From Conidiobolus incongruus B7586 (Eukaryota): a stretch of DNA of 62,848 bases. Made by a program: the position numbers and the translations under genes. Below the pieces are notes generated by a model. That model did not search any database and had not been told where the DNA came from. It saw nothing but the letters and a program-made list of their open reading frames with translations. The DNA lies in the NCBI GenBank assembly GCA_000697335.1, contig JNEM01010510.1, positions 1-62,848 of the forward strand, written 5' to 3'. Shown here in pieces: positions 26,787-41,736 of this stretch (position 1 is the stretch's first letter; each line of letters starts with the position of its first letter).

Positions 26787-27832
26787 TTATTTTAATTCAA
26801 TAGTCCAACAAACTGGATCACTTGTAATTACTTTGACTTTGTTTTCTTTTAATAGATTGGAAGTGCTCACTAATCCTCCAATTTGAGATTCATGGTTTTC
26901 TAAATGTTATTAATAAAGAATTGTTTAACAATATTTGGAAATATACCTAAATTCCATACTAATCCCTCAGTTGTTAAACTTTTAACAGGATGTCCCAGAG
27001 GTAATAGACCACAAGTAGGACCTTCATACTTTGGATCAAAATTTAACTCATGTTCACCCTATCACGAATTAGATAAATATTATTATAATAAATCGAATAA
27101 CTTACTTGATCCAATAAGAATGTGAGACTAGTATCTGAAATAATATACAGTTTATATGGATGGTCTTTCAAAACGTACAAATTATTCACTTGAGAGATTG
27201 AATGATCAAATCTACCATTTAAACCACCTAACATAACGACATTATACTAATAAAATGATAAATAAATAGCTATACTTTTAATTATAATTCTATTACTCTT
27301 GGATGTTGATTTAATTTTTCAATTTGTTGAAAACATTTAGTAAAATCAGTAGTTTCTTCATCATTTATTTTAATTGGATTAATTCCCTAATATAAATTAA
27401 TTAATTAATAAATTTAATTAAATAATAATTTTAATATTACTTGATTTTTATAAAATTCAACTACATCATCTCTAATAGAATCTAAATCACCAATAATCCA
27501 ATGAGGTAATAATCTAATTCAAAATCAGTTAATAATATTGATTAATTAAACATAATAGTAACTTTACTCAGTTTCTCTATTATTCGATCTTAAATAGTCG
27601 TATAATCTATTAGCACCACCGTCAGCGCATAAAATGATATCAGCTAAAAAGCTGAATGAATAAATAGATATTATTGAAATATATTAGAGTTACCTTTATT
27701 CCATAGATTTTCAAATAAATTACTCTGATACTTTGGAATAGGTTGATTTAAAATAATCAGAGCTATTGGAAATTCATTTTCATCTAATTTTTCTAAATTA
27801 TAAATAAAACTGGACTTCCAAATATTTACCAT
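26787..27832 (-). CDS. THI80: Thiamine pyrophosphokinase, about 7 exons
   Basis: Spliced motifs ALIILNQPI, CADGGANRLYD, IIGDLDSIR, ETTDFTKC, LGGLNGRFDH, GPTCGLLPLG, TTEGLVWNL, GGLVSTSN. Confidence 0.95.
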
Positions 27833-30800
27833 TTTTTTATAATTCTTTTATTTTCAGGAGTTAAATTGATTTTATAATTGCGAAATTTATAATATGACTG
27901 TAATCTTAATTTTTATTTATGGGTTTAAATAAATAATAGTTATATTGTTTTTTTACTCAACATAAATGATGATGAGTAATGCTTTCAATTTTGCTATTAG
28001 TTAATAGCATATATATAACTGCTGCAGATTAATTAATCTAGCTAAATTTCTAATTTATAATTGCAGAATATTTTTCAAATTATATTATTGCTAGAGTTTT
28101 TTTAAATGTATATTCCAAAGTTATTAGATTTTTAATAATATTACTTAATGGAAAAATAAGTTGAGGATTAGTAATTGATATATTTTTATTCATAAATAGT
28201 GGCAATCATTTTGATATTGGGAGCGAATTCATTTTATTATAATTACACTAGTTACAGAAATAGATAGAATGCTTGACTAAAATTCATTCATTTATAAAGC
28301 TTATTATTCAATAAAATGAACTAACATTTTAACTTTGATAACTACCGTCAATTATATTCAATATATCGTTGTGTTAATTTTGCAAAATTATTGCATCAAG
28401 TATCCTAATCTAAATATTTCCTTTGCTTTGGATCAATTTATCAAGTAGTTAAATAGCTTTTATTTATTCCAGTTTAATTCATAAATTCCAATAATTATTA
28501 TTATGAAATTTAAATATACGTGCAGGTTAAAATAATAGGTGAAAATATTATTTGGTTATTTATGAAGTATTTAATATAACTTTAAGTATTTAATTATCTA
28601 TAAAATCCTAATATTTTGAAAATATTTGATTAAAATGATAATGTTTGATAGAAATCATAGTATATTGATATAATAATAAAATTTGGATTATGTATGATAA
28701 ATAGATTTTTAATATTATTGATATAAATGAATTTTTTTAATTTGATAATTTATAATTAATACCAAGTACTGTATTATATGATATATATATAATGTTTTGA
28801 TAGGAGCTTATATTAAAGCTTACGTGATCAAAATCACTTTGAATAAGGTTATATTTGAAATATTATATATCATTTCTAGTTTTTATATAAAAATAATTGA
28901 TTCTATTATAAAATCAAATATCAATCAAAACACTCAATTCGTGAATTTGGTTGAGAATAGTTACTTAAAATCATGATCATCACTGATATTTTGAAAATTT
29001 ATTAAATATCTTAATTTTACAATCTTAAAATAAATAATCATAATGTTAAAATTAGTAATATATTCAATCATAAATGGACAGGAATGAGTTTCATTGTAAT
29101 TATTGCAAAAATAGCTTGGATAAATATCCGTTCATTGTAATTCAAAAGATATAGTCATATGTAATTGTATATTGGTATCTATACGAGTATTGAGGTCATG
29201 ACATATATATATATATATTGATCATTCTAAATATGAATAATTATATACTCATTGAAGCATTTATGGAATGGTATATTATTTATCAATAATATATGATGAT
29301 GTAGTATAATATGTGTGGTTAATAATAACTGATATACTGTTGTAATATAGTATCTATAAAATTAAATGAAATGATATTAAATTAATTATATGCTATAATT
29401 ATATTATAATGTTTAATGATGCTATTAAATTTTATTCTGTAAAATTATTTTTAGATATATCTGTAACAAGTTTATACAAAGATCAACTAAATTATTAAAT
29501 AACTATGTGTAAAATAATAACAGTGGTTTTGATAATTAAATTGGATTATTTAACAAAACTTGAGACAAAAATGAATAATATAAATTGATTAACATTATTA
29601 AATTTTTTTAGATATCTTTTATTTTATATAAAGTTTAATAATTCCTAAATTAATTATAATAAAATTCATAATTGAAAATTATATCATAATTACAATACCA
29701 AATGATTGAGAGGTTTTTATGCTTCATTCATTTGTTTTATTTCAATTATTACGTCACCAAATTTTAATAGAAAATTATTGAATTATTTATTTATTACTCA
29801 ATGTAATAAATGTTTCTATAATAATTATTGCTTTCATTATTATAGTAAATTTAACGGATATAGGATATAGAAGAAATTGTGATTTGTCACAATATCAATG
29901 CCAGTGACTTCTCTAATTATTAGAAAAGATCCATAATAAAAAATTAATAAATTAAGTATTCACGTAATACACTGTCATAAAATTACAAAAGTGTATAAAT
30001 AATAAATCACATAATCAAAATCAATTGATTAAATAAAATTTATTTATTATTAATTAAACTACCAATAGAGTGATATATATATATATATTATAAGTATATA
30101 CATGAAAATCATTTTTGTATAAGAAGTTTTCATTATAACTCTTTTATCCATGTATTTAGATAACCATTAATTGTACATTAAAAAAGTGTTTTTCAAACAA
30201 TTATAAAGCCTTAAAAAATTTATAAATCAATAAAATTATTTTAAAAAAAATCCAGAGTAGTTAAAATAGATTTATATGTAGATGAGCAGATTATTTTATT
30301 GAAATATTATGTAATCAATAAAATATATTTATTTGGATCTATTAATTAATTAAAACATGTATATATAATTATCATATCCAATATCATTAGCTATTCATTT
30401 TATATTATAGATTTTTGTTTTAAAAACAATTCTTATGAAAAGTCATATCTTTCAAATAAACTATACTATTTGATATCTAGTATCATAAATTTGAAAATCG
30501 ATATTACTATGAATTAATTAATAATTAATATCGAAATTATCAAATAAATAATAGCTTGTTTCTAAAAATTGTTTTTAATTTTTTTAAGTTTTATAATTAA
30601 TATTGCAATTTCTCTTTTGTAACTCTAGTTTAGATATTATTATCAAGATATAAAATTAGAAAAGTTTAAGGAAGGAAATAGTTTAATAATTGAAAGAACT
30701 AAAAGAGTATAGAAATATGAAATATATTCTTGATAATTGCTTGAATATTCTCCATGGAATAACGCTCAATTAAACAATAATTAACACTATTCACCAATTT

Positions 30801-31020
30801 ATCTATTTTAATTTGTTTTTCTCATGAAATTGAATAATATTAGTGATAAAGTTATAAAAAAGGTATAAATGCTATAATAAATAAAAATTACCTATTTAAG
30901 TGAAATTGGAATATTAATAATATGAAAAAAGTCAGGTTATATGATAACGTTAAAAGATTTAATAATATGAAACAATTTGTATATATAATAAAAGAAAAAG
31001 AGGTGAAATATTAACATTAT

Positions 31021-31808
31021 CTAACAAGGGCATGAGGAGTAATACGAATCACTGTCGTATTGATCGGACACTTGAACAGTGGATTGGGTTGGTTGTTTTT
31101 GCCAAAGCACAGGGGTATCAATAATCTAAATAAAAGTGATCAATATAATTGAATATTAAAAATAATAATTATTTCTTACTTTCTGTACCAATTCTTCAAT
31201 AGCTTGCTGAACACCAAGCTTAGTCTTGGCAGAACATTCAATGAAAAGAGCTTGTCTCTTTTTTGCGTAGTTCAAACCTTCTTGAAGAGAAACTACTCGA
31301 TTGGAGTCCATATCGACCTTATTTCCTACAATCATCTTGACAACGTCTTTGCTGGGACAATATTTTTCTAATTCGTCAAACCAGTTATCCAAGCTAGTAA
31401 ATGTATCTCTATTGGTTACGTCGTAAACTAAAATATTAAATGTGAATATATTGAACAGAATATAATTTTAAATTTAAATTTACCTAAAACGACACCTTGA
31501 GCTCCTCTATAATAAGAAGAAGTTAAAGTTCTAAACCTTTCTTGACCAGCTGTATCCTATATTAAAAATAGTGTTAAAATAACAAATCTTGAGAATAATA
31601 ATAATAATACTATTACCCAAATGGTTAATTTGTATTTTTTACCGTCTAATTCTATCATTTTAACCTTAAAATCAACACCAATAGTTGCACTAGTCTCTTC
31701 GGGAGGTAAAAAAGTGTCATCAGTAAATCTTAATAATATTGAAGACTTTCCAACATTTGAATTCCCAATTAAAAGCAATTTAAATGTACTAGTATTTTCT
31801 TTGTTCAT
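31021..31808 (-). CDS. RAB18: Rab18-family small GTPase, 4 exons
   Basis: [58 protein letters not shown]-terminal CPC prenylation motif. Confidence 0.93.
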
Positions 31809-32373
31809 TATTTCAAAATAATATAAATATAAACAGATTAATATTAAGTTAATATAGTTAAAAAATCTTCAAAATACTATAATTTTGAACTATATATATA
31901 TATATTTTAGTTTTAATAGTAAAATGAATATTTTTAAAAATAAAAAAGGAGGAAAATTTTTTAAATTTTATTCTAAATTTTGAAAATTAAAATATTAAAT
32001 GAAATCATAATTAAGTCACTAAAAAAATTTCTAAATTTAGGAATTACGTCAAGTTTGTAATATTTGTTTAATGTGGCATTTTTTGAATAGGTGAAACCTC
32101 ATAATATTGTGAAATATTCTAATTTTTCAAAAAATTACAAAAAAATATATTGAAATGAATTGGTTCAATCATGTTGATTATATTCATATATCAGATTTAT
32201 TACTATTATTTTATGTCTAATAACATCAATATTTCAATTGAGAAAGATAATTCTATATTAATTTAAGGGTCAATCCCATAATTAAATATACTGCCTTTTT
32301 AAATGTTAAAATTCATTATACATAATTGTGAATCAAAATAATATTAATAATAATAATTCAAAGCTTAAGAAAG

Positions 32374-34678
32374 ATGAACGAAAGTATAGAATCTAAATAT
32401 AAAAGAATATTATATTATATAGATCCAGAAATTCAAAATTATTTAAATGATTTTGATTTTCAAAAATTTTCGCCAACAATACAACTAGTTTTAATGGATC
32501 ATTTTATTAATTTAAATGAAGAGGACTTCGACTTAAATTTATTATGTAAAAAAGATTTAAATTGGTTAATGCATAATGATATGAGTTTCTTTAATCAAAT
32601 TCAAAATTGTAAAGATGATGATAATGATTATGGTAGCGCTATTAATGAATTTGAGTTTATTATGAATAGGTAGGACCATTTAATTCGATTAATAATTGAT
32701 ATTAATACTAAATCAAGTTAATAGAAAAGAATTTGAACTTGAAAATGAATCCATAAATCAAATTCAAAATGAAATTGATGAATTAAATAATCAATTAAAT
32801 TTAATAGAGTAAATATCTTTATGCAGTATATCATTCTATATTATTAAATCATATTTCATTAGAAATAAGGAATATCAATTAATCGAAAAGATCGACGAAT
32901 TAAAGAATTATAAATCGAATTTAAATATAAATGATGAAGATTTGTTAATCTTTCAATCTAAGGTATTTCATTTGTACATTTTATATATTCCTCAATTATT
33001 CATTATAATATAGGTTGAACACGATTTAAAGACCAATTTAGACAATTTAAATTTATTTAACAATCAATTAAATTTAAATCCTAGCCTTAATCACTTAAAC
33101 TCAAGTAAATTTGTTCATTGAATCATAATTTAAAATAGTATACTAATTGAATGAAAATAAGATATAAATTACTGGCATCAATTACCACTGCAAGAACTTA
33201 ATAGTTTAAACGAACTGAAATCAAGATACCAGTCACATTTAATTGAAGATTTCAAATCAAATTTAAATCAGGTAAATTTTATACTATATTTTATAGAAAA
33301 TATTTATAACATAACCTCATTTAAAGCTAAACTCACCTGAGAATAATTCTATATTAATCCAAGGTAAACAATTTAAAGAATAACATTGCTAGTTTAGATT
33401 TACTAATTTAATTTTTGATAGATAAAGACCAATCCAATTATTTAAATGAAATATGTCGACTGAAACAATTGTAAATTTTTTTAAATGATAAAATATCAAT
33501 TTGTCTCATTCATATTTTAGATATATCAGTATGCTACCAAAATTAGTTAAAGCCAAGGTCGAATTAATCAACTTAAATTCCTTAATTAATGATGATAATT
33601 ATTTTGATGAATTTTTATCCAACTGGTAATTAACTATCGTAATTATCTAATTGATTAAATTCAATAACAATTTAAATGGTTATTTAGTTACAACGAATTA
33701 AAGTCAAACGGCAATAAACTTGATGAAAATCACAATGAAGAGTTAGTCGAATTGGCTCAGAGGATGGGAGAAAATCAAATTGATAATTTAGGAAATTTAC
33801 AATTATTAAAATTGATCAAATATTACTTTCATTTCAGTAATGAATTAATTGACCATGTAAATTATATTAAATTATTCTATATAAAATCATATTTATAGTA
33901 ATTTTTAGTATTTAACCAATTTAAATTATTTAAATTCAGTTAATGAGTTGATTAATTTAAATTTAAAATTAGAATTTAATCAAATCAATCAGTTTAATTG
34001 GATTTTAGAAGAGTCTAATGCCCAATTGTCCAATTATTTAAAATTAAATCAGTTGAGAATGGTATATTATTTAATAATTACTGCTGTTATTATTTATAAA
34101 TATTATATTATTTAGAAGGAAATCAATGATCTAATTCAAACTTATGGGCAATCGGTTTCCAGTAACGATGACGAACTTCTTCATCTAATTCAATCCCATC
34201 CTCATTTTAGACAATTGAATATAGAAAACTCAGGTAATGTTGAATAAATATGTCAATTTAGTTTAATATTAATAATTGATATAGATAACAATGTCGATAG
34301 AGATGTTGATGAATTGAGTGAAAAATTATCTCATATAAATTTAAATCAAGTCGACAATATTGAATTCAATTTTGATCAGTTAATCAATCGATTGAATGAA
34401 ATGTAAATGACTATTTGAACTAATTTTAAACAAGGAATTATTAATTTTATGATTATAGCTCAAAGTCTGTTAATCAATTATTTTCAGAATGGAACGCTAC
34501 ACAAGGGTTAAACCCTCCATTCGACCATCCTAATCAAGTAATTAATTAAAATTAATTAATTTCATAAACAATTACTAATATTTTTATTTAGAAAATTCAA
34601 TATAATCAGACTATATTAAATCAAGTTATCAATGAATGGATCAAGTCATTGATTCTAAAGTCCAGGGAATTAAATTAG
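32374..34678 (+). CDS. Multi-exon coiled-coil protein, possibly augmin subunit HAUS3-like
   Basis: About 15 exons with GT-AG introns, stop TAG at 34676-34678; DLNWLM and EICRLKQLY..L..AK recall HAUS3; gene is likely, identity is weak. Confidence 0.6.
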
Positions 34679-34740
34679 TATATCGAACGTGACGTTATAT
34701 TCTTTTTGTAAAATAAACATTGAAATTGCTTAATAGATAA

Positions 34741-37141
34741 TTATCTTTTAAATGCTGACACTCTTCCCAATAATGATAGCGGTGGATTCAATTCAACACC
34801 TTCAACTTGGTATGATGCGTCATCAATTTTGATATCTTGTAAAGTTTCCACTAAAAATTTTGATTAATATAAAGAAATAATGAAATTTATGAATATCAAT
34901 ACCTAGTGAATCCATTTCATTAGTAGATGATTTCGGTTGATTTGATTTCTTATACTGAGTAATAATCTCATTACTTAAGAAGGGTTTAACTTTAGCCCTA
35001 TCCCATCCCATCGTAATATGCAAATCAGACTTGGGAGTTGGTAATTGACTGGTGATATTATTTCCATTGGTATCCTTGATACAGCTGACGCATAGAGTTA
35101 CAATAATACTTCTTACGAATAGCACTTTATCCACTTCAATCGTTACTGAAGTGCCCAAAATATTATTATGATTGGATTCATAATAATCCCAATTACCTAA
35201 ATCCTTTTCGTTGGAGTGAATCAGAGTGATATGGTAAGCTAATGTGGTTTTAGGCGCAAATAAATCGTTCAAAGTAGCCATCAGAGGATGGTCTTCTTTG
35301 AGCTGCAATTTGGAATCAATTATATTATATAAAGGGGCTAATAAAGCTATACCATAATAAAGTGGATCTTTGATCATCTCTTGATTGCTGGGTTTTGTAG
35401 TCGAACTCTTAATACTTTTTTGAATAACAGCATCTAAACGTTCGTTATCAATGGAGAGTTTACCAATATGGTCACATTGTTCGCTTTGCAATTCAGTTAA
35501 TGCAGTACGAAGATTTTCATTGAGATTGCCATTGATATTCAGATTGATGACATGGTCATAGGGATGATTGTCGTTCTCAAAAGGTTCAAATGAATTGTAA
35601 AAATCTTGCATAATTTTTTCCAAGTCCCAATTGGATTGAGGCGTTAAATTAGGATGATTTTTACCTCTCTGAAGCACTCGAGAGTAAACAGTTCCCAGTG
35701 TATCTTGCACAGAACCTGAATACAAATCCCAATAGAGGACAATGAATTTGGCAAAGGGATAGTCTTTGAGTACTGAATCCATTAATGTATTTCTAAGAGC
35801 AGATAAATGATGATTCTTTTCAGCAATAACTACGCTATGTTTCTTTAGCAATGCTAAAGTTTGATTGATGAAGGATTTTCCAGATTTGCATGCATCACTC
35901 TGCACATGACCCCAGTCAGGAAAGAGCTGAGTCAAAGTTCTAGTAAGAGATGTCTTGCCACACCCTATAGTTCCTACAGTCATAAGAATGTATTTCACAT
36001 GATCGTCAGGACCCAGGTGTAAGACTGATTTGGATAAGTTCTTTCCAACTTTGGTACAATCAATACTTAATTTGGTATCCTCATAAAACACCTCTCTACA
36101 TTTTATAATTCCCTGATTACGGCCAATTCCCTCGAAGAGTTTAGGGTTCGTCTTTGATTTCTTCTTAAGCCACGCCAAATAGCGCTCAGACTGTAAGTAA
36201 CAGAACTTGAACTTGAATTCCTTGGGATTAGTTAAGTAGTATTTGGTTAATTCTCTGAATTCTCTAAACAACAAATATGGCTCATCCAACTTGTATTTGA
36301 AGAAAAAATCGCCCGTAGGATTGTCAAGGAAGCAGCGTACAACTACCCCTTCAATGGGTCTGCCATCGTAGTGACCTTGAGCTGCTTGCAACTGCTCAAA
36401 CATTTTAAATACATCTTGAATGGAATGATAAGTATCGTATTTGACACCTAAAAATCCAAACATCTTGGCAACTTCAATCACCTTTTCCATGGGCCAGGTA
36501 GCAAATTCGGGCTGATTCAGATTTACACCATGCAAATACAGGCCTGTATGTTGCTTTGAATAAGGTAAAATATGCTCTTCAAAGTCATCATCACATAATT
36601 CAAAGCACAAGGTCACCTGATTTTCTTGTAAAAATTGGATTAAGTCATGTTCTGTTGCATTTACTCGGCTTAAGTGCTTCTTGAGCCAATATTTACCACG
36701 CTCAGCATGGTCACTAACTAGTGAATGCTTGCTAGCTACGACTAATTGATTCTGAAAACTTGAAACAAAGATAATACATCCATTCTCTTTAACTGTAACA
36801 ATGAATGGACCCTTTGCATTTTGGATCAAGTATTCTCTCTTAGTGGATGCTACTTCATTCAAGTTGAAAAACTTGTTATACCCTCGAATTACAATCTTAG
36901 GCTCAGGATCATCCACAGTGAATAAACCTCTCGCCATAGTGGGAAATGGATTATTAGGTTTCTTGTACATAAATTCATTCATTTTCCAACTGATGAATTT
37001 GACATGATTGATTTCATGCTGGGTACACGTAATAGGTCTGGAGAATCTCTTTAAATTATCGGAACCATCAACGATACTCTTTAGTTGGTTGATTAATTTG
37101 GCCACTTGCTTTGATTTGGACTGATTCATCTTTTCAGACAT
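34741..37141 (-). CDS. TRL1: Fungal tRNA ligase Trl1 (ligase, polynucleotide kinase and cyclic phosphodiesterase)
   Basis: ARGLF, RGYNKFFN, KENGC, EGVVVR, FFFKYK; P-loop GTIGCGKT; two HxT motifs (YHITL, LHITM); one 3' intron near 34852-34902 gives C-terminus ...GRVSAFKR*. Confidence 0.95.
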
Positions 37142-38318
37142 GGTCGATGTAATTATTTATTCAATAACCGATTGGTATTTATATTATTACTTTTAAAACC
37201 CCATATTTTGCTAAATTTATCTTATTTGGATTGATTTTTCTGTATATGGGATAATTTTAATTCCATTTACTTAATTTAGACTATATTTCATCCAAAATTA
37301 TATTATTCAAAAATTGGTATAATAGATAAAATCGTGAAAGAATTGTATGTATCTATATCAAGATTTTGTAATGAATATATGACTTTTTAGTCTATTAAGC
37401 TCAAAAATTATAATATCTGACCCACTACAGTTATTACTTTAAACATAGTTATTGAATTCCACATGGACGGGCCTATTGTAAGGATTTGATAATATAAACT
37501 ATACTCTATAATCTGAAATAATATAAATGGGAGAAAAATAATATGATTTAATCCTATATCATATAAGTTTTTCAAGTATCTAATTCAGTTTTGTTATTCA
37601 TTCCTTAACATCAAACCTCCATATTTTAGGAACTATATTTAAAATTTGATAAATTTTAAATGGATTTTTATTGTCTTAGCTGTATTTTTTTTGAAGACTC
37701 AAACTTATCATATATTTTATTAAAAAAACAATACTATTTTATATTGATAAAGTTCAAAACTATTTTATCAAATATATTTATTTTAATTAATTCATAGTTT
37801 CTGATATATAGTAACATTCAACTCACTTTAAGTTTCATTAATATCAAAGTGTTCAATACGTTTTCGCAAAAGCTTATGCTTTAACAATATTTGAATTAAA
37901 GAATGAAGATATCTCATAAAATATAGTTAGAATTATTTGAGAAATGATATATTGTTACGATTTTAATTGAGTTTGTTCAATCAATATCACACTATTTAAA
38001 AATAAATTATAAAGTAAATTGGAGCTAAATCAAGATAAATACATTTCAAATATAATACTTCAAGTACAGCATTGTTTTTATAACACTACAACTAATCTTT
38101 TTGTCTAATGTTTAAATTTTGACTTTAATTAGTTTACTATATTTGGAAAATGATTAATCAGATGGTATTGAAATTTAAGCTAATATTTTATTTTGCTATT
38201 TAACAATTCCTATTGGCTAATACTTTTAAATTTCTTTTGTTCCAAAAATCTCTAGTGATTTATTAATTATTAAGTTTATTTTAAATAAATTAATCAGTTT
38301 CCCTAAATAAGTAGTTTT

Positions 38319-38326
38319 TTCTAGAA
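38319..38326. promoter_or_regulatory. Possible heat-shock element (TTCtaGAA) upstream of FES1
   Basis: Two inverted nGAAn units about 140 bp before a Hsp70 co-chaperone gene; short, could be chance. Confidence 0.35.
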
Positions 38327-38352
38327 ATTACTTGTTTGTATTTCATTTCAAA

Positions 38353-38360
38353 TCCCATAA
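38353..38360 (+). promoter_or_regulatory. Representative copy of the recurrent sense-oriented promoter motif TCCCATAA
   Basis: Exact copies also at 19855(-), 20267, 32274, 40357, 44863, 46979, 58019(-) and 58785, each upstream of a gene on the same strand. Confidence 0.7.
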
Positions 38361-38462
38361 ATTGCTCCAATCAATCTAAAATATTCAATTAATATAAATA
38401 TTACCCGAATTTCATTTTCAAAAAATTTAAAATCAAGTATATAAGAAAAACAATAACTTAAA

Positions 38463-39766
38463 ATGGAACAATTACTAAAGTGGTCACTCGCTAATAGCAA
38501 ACCCGAAGAGCTAGTTAATCAAGCTAAAAAAGATAACGAACCAGGCAAAAAAATTGTAAATTTTAACAATATTCAAATTTGGATTCAATTACTCATAAAT
38601 TTGTTTAGGATACCTCTATCATTGACCATATTCTGGGCAAAGATGAAGCTACTCAAATGGTTGGTAAGTATTCAAATTATCATAATATTAATATATATTA
38701 TAATGATTTTAATTTTAATTTTAGAGGCTATGCAGGTTATTGCACATCCCGAGACTAGTTTAGAAAATAAGGAAATAGCTTTTGATAATCTGGAAATGGT
38801 AAATTCAAAATATATTAAAATCTTTAGAATAGCTTAACTTACAGTAACTGTGTTTATAATTTATAGTTAGTTGAACATATTGATAACGCTAAAAGTAAGT
38901 TTGATTTATAATTAATAATAAGTTTTATTTACTAAATTTTTAATAGATCTTGAACCTCTTAAATTATGGGAACCTTTAATCGCTCTCTTAGAACACGATG
39001 AACCCGTAATGAGAAAATATGCCGCTTGGGTTTGTGCTACTGCTACTCAAAATAATCCTCAAGCTCAAAAGAATGTAAAATACCATTTAACTTAATTATT
39101 TGGCAATGTGATTAACTTTATATATAGTTCTTAGATCATAATGGTTTACAAGCTTTGATTAAAAGTTTAAAGAATGAGAAAGTACTGGAAGTCCGCAAGA
39201 AGTGTATTTATGCTATTTCCTGTAAGTCATTAACATAAATGGGGAATTTATATGCTTTATTAATTATTGTGTTTTAGGCTCCATTCGTCATTATCAAGAT
39301 GCTTTGACCCAATTCCAAGTTTTGAGCGGTTTTCAATTACTTAGCGAAATCTTGAAAGATCGAAGTAAGTTTAATATAAGTTTGATTAATGATTGATTGA
39401 TATTGACTATGTATTATTAGATGAAAACGAAAATGTTAAATCAAGAATTGTATTTTTATTCAATTCATTGGTTGTCGATGAACCTACTATTTTATCAGTT
39501 TTCAAAGAATTTGAAATTTTTGAAAATTTATTAAACAACTTGAAAGAAGGCTACGGTGGTGAAGATTTCACTGAAAAGGTATATGTTCATTAATATCTTA
39601 GATAACTCCATTTATTAATTCATTTGTTTAGACACTTCAATTCTTCAATACTTCTAGAGGTCTTGATGTCAATCAAAAAGCACAATTAAAGGAATTGATT
39701 CCCAAATTCCAAGCTCAATACCCTGATATTTTGAGTGCTACTGAATGGGCCGAATTAACTGCTTAA
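38463..39766 (+). CDS. FES1: Hsp70 nucleotide exchange factor Fes1/HspBP1, about 9 exons
   Basis: MEQLLKWSLANS...IAFDNLEM-LVEHIDNAKNL..LKLWEPL...AAWVCATATQNNPQAQ...RKKCIYAIS. Confidence 0.93.
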
Positions 39767-40451
39767 ATAGATCCTAAATATTAATAGAATTTTTAATATT
39801 AAATCATGTACTAATACCATTTTCATAATTCACCCTATTGATTTTTTAATTCCAACTGTATAAAATTTCAAAATATATTTTTACAATTTCCATCATATCT
39901 CACAACAGTTATATAATTTAATTACTCTCAACATTGAAAATTCATATGTTTATTTTGAGTATTAATAAAAATTTGTCCAAATTATATGATGGTTACATTA
40001 TTTAAAATAAAAGAATATTTTATTCTCTAACAAACGAAAACAATTCTATTTAACCTCACTTTTCGATAATTCACATTTAATTTTAGTTTTATAATAGCTG
40101 AAATTGACTGATTTCAAATAAACTATTATTAAATTCAGAAATTCTAACGATGAAATGATACACTTTATCTAGGTACTATATAAACTAAGAAATAATATAG
40201 CTTCCCTTACGCTTTTTAACTATAGAATAGTTTGAATATTAGGTATTAAATGATTAAGTAATACTATTTATTTAAAATAATGATATCTATTTTGTAAAGT
40301 ATCCAATCCATTTACAAATTCAAATGCTTTAATTAATCTTTTAATCTTGATCAAAATCCCATAAATCAATAAGAATTAAATCAGTATTATTGAGAATCCA
40401 GTCCATTACCTCAATTCCATTACATTGAATTTAATTTTGAATAATAATAAA

Positions 40452-40936
40452 ATGTCTAGTTCAAAATCTAACGATCCCAGAAGAATTGATCAAGTTATTC
40501 ACTTCCATATCCCAGTTGAAGTTCAACCAGATCAAGCTGATAACGAATTATTCACAGTCGCCGCTGTTTTATTATGTAAGTAACATTATTTATTCATACA
40601 TCTTTTTTACTCATCTCCATCTCTATTTAGCCTTATTAGGTTTTGTCATGAGAGTAAGTTATTCAATATATCAATCAAGTATATAGTTATATTGATAATA
40701 ATTTTTAATTTTTAGAATCGTTGGGCCAGTTGGGGTTCACTATTTTTAGCTCTCTGTGGTTCTATTAACGAAAAAGTTTTAACTAGTTCTAACGAGAAGA
40801 AACCTTTCTGGACTACTTTTATGTAATTTATTATTTTTATTTATAGAACTGTATTTAACAATTGTTTAGGTTTGCAATTGTCAGTTTAACTATTCAATAC
40901 ATTCCTTTATTGTTAGAGCCTCAATTGATGGATTAA
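40452..40936 (+). CDS. PAT complex subunit Asterix (WDR83OS/UPF0139), 4 exons
   Basis: Spliced MSSSKSNDPRRID...LLGFVMR-NRWASWGSLFLALCGSIN...FM-FAIVSLTIQYIP; DPRR motif plus hydrophobic segments typical of the family. Confidence 0.8.
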
Positions 40937-41736
40937 AATTATATTTTTATCAATATAACTAATTTAAAGAAATACCATTTTAACAAATTTTTGACTATAG
41001 ATATTCAAATTATCCAATTGTGATATCTATTATTAAATGACTATGATCAGTAATTTCAAGTTATATCCTTCAATAAATACTATCAGCTCAATAACCACGG
41101 TGCTGTCATTTAATTATTGATATGTTTATTAATTAAAATTTTCACATTATTTCATTATGATTATTGAAATTACAATATTTTTAAACTCGGGTGAATAATG
41201 AATTAGTATTTTAAATGCTTGGTCTTTAATATTATTTAAGATTGGCTATTAAATAAATCACTACGAATATTTAATGTAGTAATTATCCAAGTATTATGTT
41301 ATCATATTAATATTAGGATGAAATATATTATTAATTTCAATATCTAAACAATAAACAATTTCCAATTGAAATAATTTCAGTATTAATGCATCAATATCAA
41401 TCATAAGAAATAATTTTCAAACGTTATCTCTAAGCTTGTTTATATCATTTGTTTTGGAAGATGGAAAAATGAAAATTTGATAAAATTATATATTGAGGTT
41501 TGAATAGTTAAACATTAGGATAATTATTTATTTTCAAAATCCAAATATATAATTTAAATAACACATTAATAATTAGTACATATTATATTTTAATTCAAAT
41601 GGTATAGATATACATCAACAAATTGCATTATTTCTCAAAGTATATCTTATTTTTATTTCTGACGAATTATCCAATTAGTTATAGACTGTTCAAGTTTGGG
41701 AGGGAAATCATTGGTGGAAAAGTGTGTAATTAACAA

